Origin: Acidobacteriota bacterium
GTDB lineage: Bacteria; Acidobacteriota; UBA6911; RPQK01; JAJDTT01
Length of the DNA stretch: 64,000 nt
Assembly: GCA_965231825.1 (NCBI GenBank)
Contig: OZ246889.1
Location: forward strand, 2,319,443 to 2,383,442
Reading direction: 5' to 3'
Shown here: piece after piece, positions 9,657 through 19,756 of the stretch
Layout: each line of letters starts with the position of its first letter
How positions within the stretch are numbered: the stretch's first letter is position 1
Notes under the pieces: model-generated
Seen by the model: the letters and a program-made list of their open reading frames with translations, nothing else
Told to the model about the DNA's origin: nothing
The model's database searches: none
Position numbers and translations under genes: made by a program

Positions 9657-10172
9657 TTGAGTCAATTCATCGCCATAGCCCTCATCGTCAAGGCGAGGGG
9701 AATACGTGGTGAGGTTGCTGCGGAGGTTCTGACGGACTTCCCGGAGCGGTTCTCCTCTACGACCGGGGTTCGGGTGGCTCTTCCTGACGTGCAGTACCGG
9801 GAGGTCATCGAGTCCGCCCGTTTTCACAAGGGTCGCGTGCTGCTCAAGTTTCGGGGCCGGGAACGACCCGAACAGGTCCGGGAGTTGATTGGGGGGGAGG
9901 TTCAGATCCCGTTGGAGGAGCGCATGCCGCTCCCGGAAGGCTCGTTTTACGAGTCTGATCTCCTGGGTTTGAGAGTCGAGCAAAAGGGGCGCAACCTGGG
10001 GGTGGTCCTCGAATTGTTTCGTACCGGATCCGAAGGCGTGAATCTGGTGATCCGGGACGGGAGCGATCGGGAACTGATGATCCCCCTGGTACGTGCATTG
10101 GTTCGGGATGTGGATCTGGACCGAGGGATCATCCACGTGGATCTTCCGACGGGATTGGCTCCTTCCAGCTAG
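9657..10172 (+). CDS. rimM: 16S rRNA processing protein RimM
   Basis: KARGIRGEV...PRC-barrel C-terminal domain. Conserved synteny rpsP-rimM-trmD-rplS. Confidence 0.85.
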   Translation: MSQFIAIALIVKARGIRGEVAAEVLTDFPERFSSTTGVRVALPDVQYREVIESARFHKGRVLLKFRGRERPEQVRELIGGEVQIPLEERMPLPEGSFYESDLLGLRVEQKGRNLGVVLELFRTGSEGVNLVIRDGSDRELMIPLVRALVRDVDLDRGIIHVDLPTGLAPSS

Positions 10173-10231
10173 CAACTCGTCGCGAAACAGGCTGCGGACC
10201 GCCGGGTCGGTTTGCAGGAGTTCCTTCTGAA

Positions 10232-10936
10232 ATGCAGGTCGACGTCATCACCATTTTCCCTGGGATGTGTCAGGGATTTTTCGATTACGGTATCCTGCAC
10301 CAGGCGATCCGAAAGGGGTTGTTTCGCCTGGAGTTGGTCGACCTCAGGGAATTTACGGCCGACAGGCACCGGACGGTGGACGATCGGCCCTACGGAGGCG
10401 GAGAGGGCATGGTGCTCAAACCCGAACCCCTGTTCCGTGCGGTGGAACGATGCCGCCAGGTTCAGCGGAAGCCTTGGGTCGTGTATCCGAGTCCGCAAGG
10501 ATGCCGGTTCACGCAGGAGAAGGCGGCGGAACTGTCCCGGAAATCCCATCTGACGTTCATATGTGGGCGTTACGAGGGGGTGGATCAGAGAGCGTTGGAT
10601 GATCTGGTGGACGAAGAGATCTCGATGGGCGACTTCGTGGTCACGGGAGGCGAACTGCCGGCCCTGCTGATGGTGGACGCTGTCGTGCGGCTGATCCCGG
10701 GCGTGGTGGGCAAGCAGGCGTCATTGGAGCAGGAGTCGTTTGCCACCGGGTTGTTGGACTATCCTCAGTACACCCGGCCGGCCACTTACCGGGACCGGCC
10801 GGTCCCCGAGGTCCTGCTGTCGGGGAACCATGGAGAGATACGTTCCTGGCGGGAACAACAGGCTCTGAGACGTACTCGGGATCGCAGGCCCGATTTGCTC
10901 GCGCCGGGATCGAGTTCCGGCACGCCGAAAGGATAA
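10232..10936 (+). CDS. trmD: tRNA (guanine37-N1)-methyltransferase TrmD
   Basis: [12 protein letters not shown]...[15 protein letters not shown]...SPQG... SPOUT-family TrmD signature. Confidence 0.95.
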   Translation: MQVDVITIFPGMCQGFFDYGILHQAIRKGLFRLELVDLREFTADRHRTVDDRPYGGGEGMVLKPEPLFRAVERCRQVQRKPWVVYPSPQGCRFTQEKAAELSRKSHLTFICGRYEGVDQRALDDLVDEEISMGDFVVTGGELPALLMVDAVVRLIPGVVGKQASLEQESFATGLLDYPQYTRPATYRDRPVPEVLLSGNHGEIRSWREQQALRRTRDRRPDLLAPGSSSGTPKG

Positions 10937-10946
10937 GGGTGGAGTC

Positions 10947-11288
10947 ATGAATCCGATACAACTGGTCGAACAGCCGCAGTTGAGGGATGGGATCCCGGAT
11001 TTCGGGCCTGGAGATACGGTGCGGGTCGACTTCAAGATCAGGGAGGGCAACAAGACTCGCGTGCAGTCCTTCGAGGGAGTCGTCATTGCCATTCGCAGAC
11101 GGGGCCTGGGTTCCACCTTCACGGTTCGCAGGATCTCGTTCGGCTACGGCGTGGAGCGCATTTTTCCGTTTCACTCCCCGTTGATCGAGGGCGTGCAGGT
11201 ATTGCGCAGAGGGCGAGTCCGGCGGGCCAAGCTCTACTATCTGCGCCAGCTCAAGGGGAAGAAGGCCAGGATCCGGGAGAAACGCTGA
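10947..11288 (+). CDS. rplS: 50S ribosomal protein L19
   Basis: 113 aa; ..[35 protein letters not shown].. matches the L19 family. Confidence 0.95.
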   Translation: MNPIQLVEQPQLRDGIPDFGPGDTVRVDFKIREGNKTRVQSFEGVVIAIRRRGLGSTFTVRRISFGYGVERIFPFHSPLIEGVQVLRRGRVRRAKLYYLRQLKGKKARIREKR

Positions 11289-11456
11289 CTGCCCGTGACG
11301 GTATTCGTCGCGGCCTCCCACCGGCGCGAAATTCCGGCGGACAGCGTCGCCCCTCGGCGAATGACGCCTGGCAGGATCGTCCATGGCATCCGGTCCCGGG
11401 AGCGCGTCGCCCGGTTCGGTGCTGAAGCAGAACCTGGCCACTAGGAACGGCGGTTC

Positions 11457-11699
11457 ATGATTCAGAAGGTCCTGTTTGGTCTCTATGTGCTCTATTGCTT
11501 TGAGGTCGGGATCTTTCTCCTCCTGTTTCCCTGGTGGGACCAGTGGAGCCAGAATTCGCTGCTGGATATCTACCCCTGGCTCCGGCTGATCATGCTCAAC
11601 AACTTCGTTCGCGGCGCAGTCTCCGGTCTGGGGCTGGCCAACCTGATTTTGGGGACCTGGGAAATTGTCCATTTTCAGCGATATTTTCCGAAGACATAG
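11457..11699 (+). CDS. Small hypothetical membrane protein (80 aa)
   Basis: Two predicted TM helices (LFGLYVLYCFEVGIFLLLFPWW; AVSGLGLANLILGTW). Lower GC than its neighbours. Overlaps the annotated thiE start. Confidence 0.35.
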   Translation: MIQKVLFGLYVLYCFEVGIFLLLFPWWDQWSQNSLLDIYPWLRLIMLNNFVRGAVSGLGLANLILGTWEIVHFQRYFPKT

Positions 11700-12318
11700 T
11701 CCCCCCTACCTCTACGGCATCTCACATCGCATCGCGTTCCCCGGTTTGTCGCCGGAGGATTATCTGGATCGGATCTTCAAGAGTCCCGCGCACGCCCTGC
11801 AGTGGCGGGAAAAGGACCTCTCGCCGGGGGAGAACCGCACCTGGGTCAAGCACGGTGTCGAGTTGGCGGGCCCCAGCGGAAAAGTGTTTCTGGTCAACAC
11901 CCATGTGGAGCTGGCCCTTCAGGAAGGGGCCGACGGATGCCACTTGACTTCGAAGCAGGATCTGTCCCACGCCATCCGGCTCCGGGAGCGGTATGGGATC
12001 GCGCCGTTTCTCTTGGGCAAGTCGACCCATAGCGGTGGTGACGTGCTGCGGGCGGCGGCGGAGGGAGCCGACTACGTGCTGGTGAGCCCCGTTCTGGCCC
12101 CGCTCTCCAAGGAGTCCCGTGCACCGGCTCTGGGTTTCCCGGCCCTGGAGCGCATCGTCCGTTCCGTCGAAATTCCCGTATTCGCCCTGGGAGGCGTCGT
12201 GGAGTCGGACCTGAACCGTATTGCGGATTGCGGGACTGCCGGCCTGGCCGGGATCACGTGGCTGCAGCAGGCGATCGAGCGGGCGATCGAACGGCCGCAT
12301 CCGAACTCGGAGCTTTGA
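11665..12318 (+). CDS. thiE: Thiamine-phosphate synthase ThiE
   Basis: LQWREKDL...VFLVNTHVELALQEGADGCHL...GKSTHS...GADYVLVSPVLAPLSK...IPVFALGGV matches the ThiE/TenI TIM-barrel family. The exact start is uncertain. Confidence 0.8.
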   Translation: MSIFSDIFRRHSPPYLYGISHRIAFPGLSPEDYLDRIFKSPAHALQWREKDLSPGENRTWVKHGVELAGPSGKVFLVNTHVELALQEGADGCHLTSKQDLSHAIRLRERYGIAPFLLGKSTHSGGDVLRAAAEGADYVLVSPVLAPLSKESRAPALGFPALERIVRSVEIPVFALGGVVESDLNRIADCGTAGLAGITWLQQAIERAIERPHPNSEL

Positions 12319-12371
12319 CGCCGGGAACGAGCTGAAACGGGGTTCCGCGGGACGCAATGGGCGCCCGCCGG

Positions 12372-13439
12372 CTATTCCAGGTCGCCGCCCATCCCCAGAC
12401 GGCATCCCTTGCGGGCGATCTCAGTGGTCTTTTTGGCCTCCTCCAGGGTCAGCCAGTAGTCATCGTCGTCCAGCTGGACCGCCAGCTTCTCCATGGTCTC
12501 CAGGCGCGGTTCGAACTTGAGGACGTTTTCGCAGAACCTCTTCAGGACCTTCCCGATCTCCTTGCCCGAGAGCCGGCGTTGGTTTGCCTTCTCGTCGATG
12601 TTGACCATGACGCCGTCGATGGCTCGCTCGTAGGCATGGAGCAGCTCCCAGTGGGCATGGAACGTCAGCGGACCCTCGTCCTCTCCGTTCCGCCTTTTCT
12701 TCTTCTTTTTCTTGCGCTTCTTGCCGGCCTCCGCCGGCTCCTTTCCCGTCAAGCGAGTCCAGCGTTCTTCCAGCGCTTCGAGGCGATCCTTCGCAATCTC
12801 CAGGAAGACGCGGGTACGCCTGTCCAGTTTCTGCGCTCTTTGGATCTTGGTGTATTCCTTGTCGGTGAAACCGTCTGCCGATTGGGAGGAGGAAACCGCC
12901 GGGGATGCCGGCGTAAACGGCACCAGTCCGTGAGCGATTCCGGGCACAGAGCCGGTGTCCGCCGGAGTGAACCGGCCAAAGAGTTGATCCAGGAGATGCT
13001 TGCGCAGCTTTTCCAGAGATCGGATACAGTCGTCGAAATCGTCCCGGAATTCAAAGGGTAGCGTGAGTTTGAGGTCGTCCATCGCCTCTACGGTGCGCCT
13101 CGCCCGTATTTCCAGGCGTTTCGTCTCCCTGGAGCGGCCGTCCTTCTCGCGGGTCGGGGTTTCCCGGAGAGCGTGTTCGGAGAGGGCTCTCATGTCTGTC
13201 AGCACCTTCAGGACGGACCTGAGGTCCGACTCCTTCGCGGAGGCCGTCAGAAGCTTGGAATTCCGCTCCAGGGCCTTCCGAAACAGTTTCATATGGGACT
13301 TGTAATCGTTCTTACTCCGATAAACGCGCATCTCGTAGAGGGTGAAGACCTGCTCCAGCGGCGGCAGACTTTCGGAGGCTGATCCGGCAGCAAGCGATGC
13401 CAGCAGCATCAGGAACGGAATCTGGAAAACGCAGGGCAT
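12372..13439 (-). CDS. Secreted hypothetical protein with a poly-lysine tract
   Basis: Signal peptide MPCVFQIPFLMLLASLAAGSASE. Charged coiled-coil-like body with a KKRKKKKKKRR run. Sits directly downstream of argS on the same strand (3-nt gap). Confidence 0.5.
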   Translation of the reverse strand: MPCVFQIPFLMLLASLAAGSASESLPPLEQVFTLYEMRVYRSKNDYKSHMKLFRKALERNSKLLTASAKESDLRSVLKVLTDMRALSEHALRETPTREKDGRSRETKRLEIRARRTVEAMDDLKLTLPFEFRDDFDDCIRSLEKLRKHLLDQLFGRFTPADTGSVPGIAHGLVPFTPASPAVSSSQSADGFTDKEYTKIQRAQKLDRRTRVFLEIAKDRLEALEERWTRLTGKEPAEAGKKRKKKKKKRRNGEDEGPLTFHAHWELLHAYERAIDGVMVNIDEKANQRRLSGKEIGKVLKRFCENVLKFEPRLETMEKLAVQLDDDDYWLTLEEAKKTTEIARKGCRLGMGGDLE

Positions 13440-13441
13440 GC

Positions 13442-15400
13442 CTACATTCTTTCCGGAACTTCGATGCCCAGGAGTGCGAGAGACCGCGTCATGGCCCGGA
13501 GCGCCGTATCCGCCACCGCCAGATAACAGGTCTGCTTTCGCGAATCCTTCTGCGAAAGGATGTGGTGGCTGTGGTAGAAAATGTTGAAGATCTGGGCCAG
13601 TGAGAAGGCGTGCTTGGCCAGATAGGACATTTCCAGGGTCTTGAGCGACTGTTCGATGGCGCCTTGGGACCTTCCGGCCTGAAGCAACAACTTCCAGATT
13701 CGTTCGTCCTGAAGCAGATCGGCGAACTGTTCCGGGTCTTCCCTCAGGTTCCTCCGCAGATCCTCCTGCCCGCGATCCACCGTGCCGTCCCCCTGGGACC
13801 GCAGCTTGCGGAAGATGTTGTTGGCACGCACTACGGAATATTGCAGATAGGGTCCGGTCTCTCCCTCAAAGCTCAGGGCCTCCCCGAAGTCGAAGGCGAT
13901 GACCGAGTTGCGGGCAAATTTGAGGAGGAAATACCGCAGGGCGCCAACGGCGATCTGGGTGGCGATCCGCAGACGTGCCTCGCGGGTCAGGTCCGGCTGG
14001 CGGCCGGCCACTTCCAGAAGTGACTTCTCGATGAGCTTGTCCACCAGATCGTCGGCCTTGACCCCCAGTCCCTTGCGTCCGGAGACTTCCACGTAGGGCC
14101 TGGCCCGATCCGGTTCCGAGAGCTCGATCCCCAATTCCTGGCTGCACTTGAGGGAGAGAGCCACCATTTCATAGGAGAAGTGGGTGGAGTGGTCGGCCGG
14201 TGTGTCGTGGCCCAGGCTGCGAAGGCCGTGGACCACCACCCGCTGAAGATAGGATTGGCGAACGTCGATGACGTTGTAGACGCTCTGGCCGCGTCCGAAG
14301 TCCTTCTCGATGTCGGAGGCTCCGTCGGAACTGGTCATCCAAACCTGGTCCCGGTCCGGGTAACGGTGCACGACCCGGTAGCGAAAGTCCTTCTCCAGCA
14401 AGCCGAATTTCCAGAGCTGATAGGCGATGTCCTTGCCGACGTAGGTGACGGTCCCGTCGCTGCGGACGATGATCTTCTCCTCGGGAGCCTGACCGTTGTC
14501 CCCGGGTAGCCGCATCACCCAGCAGCCTCGATTGGGTCCGTCCGAAACGAAGGTGATGGCCTTGCGCTGCTTGAGCTGGTCGAAGGCCTCGTCCCAGAAC
14601 CTCTCCCTCAGGATCTGGCTTTCGCGGGGAAGGACGTCGTAACGGACGCCGATGCGCCACATGGTCCTCAGGTGGGCGTTCACGATTCGCAGGGCAATGT
14701 GCTCGGCCATCCGGCTGGTCTCGCCCTCTCCCTCTTCGATCTCTCGAAGGGTGCGGCGGCGATGTTCGAGGCGCGAGTCCTCTCCCCCGTACCAGTCGCA
14801 GACTTGGGCATACAGATCCCAGCAGTAGTAATCGAAAGGCTCGGGAATCGCCTGGACCTGCTCCAAGCTCATATTCCGCAACTGCCGGAATCCGACCACG
14901 ACGTCGGCGACTTGAACGCCGGTGTCGTCGATGTAGTTCTGGATCTCTACCGAATGACCCCGGGAGCGCAACAGACGGCCGAAGGTGTCTCCCAGGACCG
15001 CGTTCCGGAGATGCCCGATGTGAGCCGCCTTGTTGGGGTTGATATTGGTGTGCTCGACGATGATCTTCGGCCCGCGTGCCGGTTCCGGCGATGCGGAGAG
15101 GGAGTCTTGGAGATCGGCCAGAAATCGATCCCGCTTCAGATAGACATTGACGTAGCCTCCGGCCGCCTCGACCCTGTCCATCCAGGGAGGCGTCCGGAAG
15201 TTGCCGGCGATCTCCAGGGCGATGTCACGGGGAGCTCGCCGCAGGCTCCGGGCCATCTCGAAGGGAAAGGCGAAGGCCAGGTCGCCGAACTCGATTCTCG
15301 GCGGCGATTTGGCGGCGGCGGACCCCAACTCCAAGGAAAACCGCGCGCGCACGAATTCCCGGAACAACGCCTCACTCTGGCGGGCCCGGCGCAGCAACAT
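13442..15400 (-). CDS. argS: Arginine--tRNA ligase
   Basis: Class I HIGH motif (HTNINPNKAAHIGHLRNAVLGD), an Arg-tRNA synthetase N-terminal domain and a DALR anticodon-binding C-terminus. 652 aa. Confidence 0.9.
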   Translation of the reverse strand: MLLRRARQSEALFREFVRARFSLELGSAAAKSPPRIEFGDLAFAFPFEMARSLRRAPRDIALEIAGNFRTPPWMDRVEAAGGYVNVYLKRDRFLADLQDSLSASPEPARGPKIIVEHTNINPNKAAHIGHLRNAVLGDTFGRLLRSRGHSVEIQNYIDDTGVQVADVVVGFRQLRNMSLEQVQAIPEPFDYYCWDLYAQVCDWYGGEDSRLEHRRRTLREIEEGEGETSRMAEHIALRIVNAHLRTMWRIGVRYDVLPRESQILRERFWDEAFDQLKQRKAITFVSDGPNRGCWVMRLPGDNGQAPEEKIIVRSDGTVTYVGKDIAYQLWKFGLLEKDFRYRVVHRYPDRDQVWMTSSDGASDIEKDFGRGQSVYNVIDVRQSYLQRVVVHGLRSLGHDTPADHSTHFSYEMVALSLKCSQELGIELSEPDRARPYVEVSGRKGLGVKADDLVDKLIEKSLLEVAGRQPDLTREARLRIATQIAVGALRYFLLKFARNSVIAFDFGEALSFEGETGPYLQYSVVRANNIFRKLRSQGDGTVDRGQEDLRRNLREDPEQFADLLQDERIWKLLLQAGRSQGAIEQSLKTLEMSYLAKHAFSLAQIFNIFYHSHHILSQKDSRKQTCYLAVADTALRAMTRSLALLGIEVPERM

Positions 15401-15604
15401 GGGCCAATGATATCAGACGTAGGAGGGGCGACATCTTTGTCGTCCACGGGGAGGGGAGTGGCTTTCAGGCGCCCAGTTTTCCGTGTAGCTGGGCGATTCG
15501 GCGGTCAGAAAGTGTAGAGGGGGACTCCGTCCCTGTTTTCCCTGTCGGCGGCAAGGATGCCGCCGCTCCCTTTCCATCTCCCCTCCCATGCTATTGTGTG
15601 CGGG

Positions 15605-16831
15605 ATGGGAACGGACGGCGGCCGGGATCGCATACTCTATTTCGACGCCTTCAATGGTGTGAGCGGAGATATGATTCTGGGCGGATTGCTGGATCTGGGG
15701 CTCCCCTTGGACCATCTTCGGCAGAGTCTCGCTTCATTGCCGCTGGAGCCCTATCGCCTCACCGCCCGCAAGATCGACCGGAACGGGCTCTCAGGGACCG
15801 ATTTCCGGGTCGAGATCGAGAATGGGCGGCACTCCCATGGCCGGACGCCCGGGCAGATCTTCGGGCTGATCGAAGAGAGTGGGCTGGAGGACCCGGTCAA
15901 GGAGATGGCGCTGTCGGTGTTTCGGCGGCTGGCCGGCGCCGAGGCGGCCGTCCATGGAGAATCGGTGGAACACGTTCACTTTCATGAAGTGGGCGCGGTG
16001 GACGCCATCGTGGATATCGTCGGAGCTTGCATCGGATTTCACTACTTCGGCGCTCTCCGTTTTTTCTCGAGTCCGCTGAACCTGGGCAGCGGCACCGTGA
16101 CCTTCTCCCACGGCACCTGGCCCGTGCCCGCACCGGCGACCGCTGAGTTGGTCCGCGGCTATCCCGTGGTCATGGGGGAGGTGCAGGCGGAGCTGACGAC
16201 GCCCACCGGGGCGGCCATCGTCACCACGCTGGCGGCAGCCGGCGCCGCGACGCCCGTCTGGACTCTGGATCGATGGGGCTTCGGGGCCGGAGACCGGGAG
16301 TTGCCCGGAATTCCCAACATGTTGAGGCTGGTTCTGGGCCGTGAAGCCGGTGGAGAACAAGCCTCCCCGGCGGCCGCCGAAGGAGTGCGTGACGAAGAGG
16401 TCCTGGTCCTGGAGGCCGACATCGACGACCTGGATCCCGAAGCCATCGGTTACGTCATGGAGACGGTCCTGGCCCGAGGAGCGCTGGATGTCCGCTGCGT
16501 CCCCCAGCAGATGAAGAAAGGTAGGCCCGGCCACCATCTTTCCGTGCTCTGCCGCCCCCAGGACCGGGATCGCATGATGGGTCTCCTCTTCCGGGAGACG
16601 ACAACCCTGGGGGTTCGTTGGAAGCCGTGGCGGCGCTGGGTCCTGGAACGCGAGTTCCGGGAGGTGGAGACCGGGCACGGAACTGTTCGAGTCAAGGTGG
16701 GACGCTTTCGGGGAGAGCCGGTCACCGTCTGGCCCGAGTACGAAGACCTGAAAAGGATCGCCGAAAGGACCCGTCTTCCGTTGAAGCGTCTGAGACAGAT
16801 GGCGATCCGCGAGGCGACCGAGAGGGAATAG
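15605..16831 (+). CDS. larC: Nickel-pincer cofactor biosynthesis protein LarC (DUF111)
   Basis: ILYFDAFNGVSGDMILGGLLDLG N-terminus, which is the LarC/DUF111 hallmark. Start at internal ATG 15605 (MGTDGG..). Confidence 0.8.
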   Translation: MGTDGGRDRILYFDAFNGVSGDMILGGLLDLGLPLDHLRQSLASLPLEPYRLTARKIDRNGLSGTDFRVEIENGRHSHGRTPGQIFGLIEESGLEDPVKEMALSVFRRLAGAEAAVHGESVEHVHFHEVGAVDAIVDIVGACIGFHYFGALRFFSSPLNLGSGTVTFSHGTWPVPAPATAELVRGYPVVMGEVQAELTTPTGAAIVTTLAAAGAATPVWTLDRWGFGAGDRELPGIPNMLRLVLGREAGGEQASPAAAEGVRDEEVLVLEADIDDLDPEAIGYVMETVLARGALDVRCVPQQMKKGRPGHHLSVLCRPQDRDRMMGLLFRETTTLGVRWKPWRRWVLEREFREVETGHGTVRVKVGRFRGEPVTVWPEYEDLKRIAERTRLPLKRLRQMAIREATERE

Positions 16832-16837
16832 GGGGCC

Positions 16838-18769
16838 ATGTCCAAGACCTTCTACCTCACGACTCCTCTCTACTATGTCAACGACGTGCCCCACGTCGGG
16901 CATACCTACACCACCCTCATCGCCGACACCATCATCCGCTACCGGCGAATGTGCGGCGACGACGTCTCCTTCCTGACCGGCACCGACGAGCACGGTCTCA
17001 AGATCGAGCGGTCGGCCCGGCAACAGGGCATCGAGCCCCAGGAGTTGGTGGACACCTATGCCGGCAAGTTTCGCGACACCTGGGAGCGGCTCGGCTTGAG
17101 CTTCAACGAGTTCATCCGGACGACCCAGGAGCGTCACTATCGCGCCGTGGCCAAGCTCTTCCGGGCAGTCAAGAAGAGTGGAAGCGTCTATCTCGGTCAG
17201 TATCAAGGCAACTATTGCGTCGGTTGCGAGGCCTATGTGGCGGACGGCCGGAACTGTCCCGACTGCGGGCGGCCCACCGAGTTCATGACCGAGGACAGTT
17301 ACTTCTTCAAGCTGTCGGCGTTCCAGGAAAAACTGCTCCGGTTCTACCGGGAGAACCCGGACTTCGTGGTCCCTCGCTCCCGTATGAACGAGGTGGTCCG
17401 TTTCGTCGAAGGGGGTCTTCAGGACCTGAGCATCAGTCGAACCTCGTTTCGCTGGGGCATCCCCGTCCCGGACGACGAGAAGCACATCTTCTACGTCTGG
17501 TTCGACGCCCTCACCGGATATATCTCGGGCATGGGCTACGGCACCGACGACGAGAAGTTCGAGAAGTGGTGGCCGGTAGACGTCCACCTCATCGGCAAGG
17601 ACATCCTTCGCTTTCATGCCGTCTACTGGCCGGCGTTCCTGATGGCGGCCGGGCTGGCCCCTCCCAAGCGGATTCTGAGCCACGGATGGTGGACCATCGA
17701 AGGGGAGAAGATGTCCAAGTCCAAGGGCAACTTCATCACCGCCGCCGAGCTCTCGAACGTGGTCCGGACCGACTACTTCCGCTATTTCCTGCTCCGGGAG
17801 ATCCCTTTGGGTTCCGACGGGAACTTTTCCTTCGACGGGCTGCGAACGCGGGTCAACAGCGACCTGGTCAACGACCTGGGAAATCTGGCCCAACGCACGC
17901 TGAAGATGATCCGCAGCTATTTCGGCGGCGTCATTCCGGACGGAGGTTCTGCGGACGAGCGGGGCCGGGAACTCCAGGATTTCTGCGGCGAGACCGCGCG
18001 GCTCTACCAGGATCGGCTCGGGGACCTCCAGATCAACAAGGCCATGGAGGCGGTCTGGGAGCTGATCAGCCGGGTGAACAAGTACCTGGTGGTGAACGAA
18101 CCCTGGATTTTGGCCAAGGACCCGAACCGCCGGGCGCAGCTGGGGAGTGTTCTGTACCATGCCGCTGAAGCGTTGAGGCTGATCGCTCTGATGCTGGGAC
18201 CCATCGTTCCGGAGGGAGCGGCTGCCATATTGCGCCAACTCGGCATCCGGCGGCCCCTCGAGGATCATCGGATTTCCTCTTTGGATTGGGCCGGGCTGGA
18301 AAGCGGTTCCAGCATCGGGAAATTGGGTCACATTTACCCGCGTTTGGACAAGAAGGAGTTTCGAGTGAAAGTGAAGAATCGACGCGCTCCCGGCGCCGCG
18401 AAAGCGAAGAAGACCGCGGGCGCAGCGGCCGGTGGTCAGGAAAATGCCCGCATCGACATCAAGGAGTTCGCCAAGGTCAGGATGCAGGTGGCCCGGATCG
18501 TGAGCGCCGAATCCATCCCCAAGTCGACCCGCCTCCTCAAGGTCAAGGTGGACCTTGGATCGGAGGTCCGCCAAGTGGTGGCTGGAATCGCCGAGCAGTA
18601 TTCACCGGAGTCTCTCCCGGGCCGTCTGGTCGTCATCGTGACCAATCTCAAACCGGCCAAGCTTATGGGTGTCGAATCCAACGGGATGATCGTGGCGGCT
18701 TCGGACGGAGGAAAACCGGTGCTGGCGACGTTCACCGAAGATGTCCGCCTGGGGTCGGTTCTGACCTGA
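16838..18769 (+). CDS. metG: Methionine--tRNA ligase with C-terminal tRNA-binding (Trbp111-like) domain
   Basis: YYVNDVPHVGHTYTTLIADT (HIGH), KMSKS (KMSKSKGN), and a C-terminal KVDLGSEVRQVVAGIAEQY..NLKPAKLMGVESNGMI domain. Confidence 0.95.
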   Translation: MSKTFYLTTPLYYVNDVPHVGHTYTTLIADTIIRYRRMCGDDVSFLTGTDEHGLKIERSARQQGIEPQELVDTYAGKFRDTWERLGLSFNEFIRTTQERHYRAVAKLFRAVKKSGSVYLGQYQGNYCVGCEAYVADGRNCPDCGRPTEFMTEDSYFFKLSAFQEKLLRFYRENPDFVVPRSRMNEVVRFVEGGLQDLSISRTSFRWGIPVPDDEKHIFYVWFDALTGYISGMGYGTDDEKFEKWWPVDVHLIGKDILRFHAVYWPAFLMAAGLAPPKRILSHGWWTIEGEKMSKSKGNFITAAELSNVVRTDYFRYFLLREIPLGSDGNFSFDGLRTRVNSDLVNDLGNLAQRTLKMIRSYFGGVIPDGGSADERGRELQDFCGETARLYQDRLGDLQINKAMEAVWELISRVNKYLVVNEPWILAKDPNRRAQLGSVLYHAAEALRLIALMLGPIVPEGAAAILRQLGIRRPLEDHRISSLDWAGLESGSSIGKLGHIYPRLDKKEFRVKVKNRRAPGAAKAKKTAGAAAGGQENARIDIKEFAKVRMQVARIVSAESIPKSTRLLKVKVDLGSEVRQVVAGIAEQYSPESLPGRLVVIVTNLKPAKLMGVESNGMIVAASDGGKPVLATFTEDVRLGSVLT

Positions 18770-18790
18770 GCGCCGGCTGGAGATCGTTCA

Positions 18791-19609
18791 GTGTTCGTTG
18801 ACTCCCACGCCCATCTCGATGTCCCTGCCCTGTATTCCGACCTGGAGGGAGTCCTGTCCCGGGCCCGGCAGGCCGGCGTGGAGTCGATTCTGACCATCTG
18901 TTGCCTGGAAGAGAATCGTGATTCCGTCGAGACGACGCTGAAATTGTTGGACCGGTACGATTTCCTCTGGGCGGCCTTTGGCGTACACCCTCACGACGCG
19001 CGTTTCTTTTCGGACGGCATCGCCGCCGAGCTGGCCCATCTGCTGCGTCATCCCCAGGCTCTGGCCTTGGGTGAAATCGGTCTCGACTACCACTATCTGA
19101 ACTCTGATATCGACGCTCAGAGGGAGGCGTTTCTGGCACAGATCGATTTGGCTCAGGCTGCGGGTAAACCCATCGTGATCCACTCCAGGAAGGCCGAGGA
19201 GGACATCTGCTCGATTTTGGAGGAGAAGTACCCGCGTGGGGAGGGGCTCAACGGAGTGGTCCACTGTTTCACGTCCGATGAGCCGACTGCCCAGCGTTGC
19301 CTGAATCGGGGTTTCTTCATTGGTTTAGGGGGAATCCTCACCTTTCGCAAGTCCGATTCGCTCCGAGCGGTGGCGAGCCGTTTGCCGGTGGACCGGATTC
19401 TGATCGAAACCGACTCCCCTTACCTGGCCCCGGTCCCCTTCCGGGGCAAGACCAACGAGCCTGCCCGGGTGGTGGAAGTCGCGCGGGAACTGGGCAGAAT
19501 CCGGGCCATGACCCTGGAACAGGTGGGTGAGCGCACCAGATCCAACTTCGAGAGATTGTTCGGCCTCAGATCTCCGAACGTCCCGGCCGGATTGCCAGTC
19601 TCAAATTGA
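18791..19609 (+). CDS. tatD: TatD-family metal-dependent DNase/hydrolase
   Basis: MFVDSHAHLD... conserved His/Asp/Glu motifs of the TatD family. Immediately downstream of metG, as in many bacteria. Confidence 0.9.
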   Translation: MFVDSHAHLDVPALYSDLEGVLSRARQAGVESILTICCLEENRDSVETTLKLLDRYDFLWAAFGVHPHDARFFSDGIAAELAHLLRHPQALALGEIGLDYHYLNSDIDAQREAFLAQIDLAQAAGKPIVIHSRKAEEDICSILEEKYPRGEGLNGVVHCFTSDEPTAQRCLNRGFFIGLGGILTFRKSDSLRAVASRLPVDRILIETDSPYLAPVPFRGKTNEPARVVEVARELGRIRAMTLEQVGERTRSNFERLFGLRSPNVPAGLPVSN

Positions 19610-19756
19610 CGTTGGTATAGTTTTCACGAGTTCTTGCAGGGAGAGGCCGCGAGCGCGGCCGCAGAGGCGATTTCAGCCCGTCGGACGGTTATGAGAAAAA
19701 GCGGAGAACGGGACGGTTCCGGATTACCCTGCGATCCCCGGCCCGTGTGACCAGGA

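Noticed and set aside
19650-19680. Palindrome GGCCGCGAGCGCGGCC between tatD and the polyprenyl synthase
   Set aside because: A 7-bp stem with a 2-nt loop is sterically implausible as a terminator, and no T-tract follows. It is probably a chance GC palindrome.
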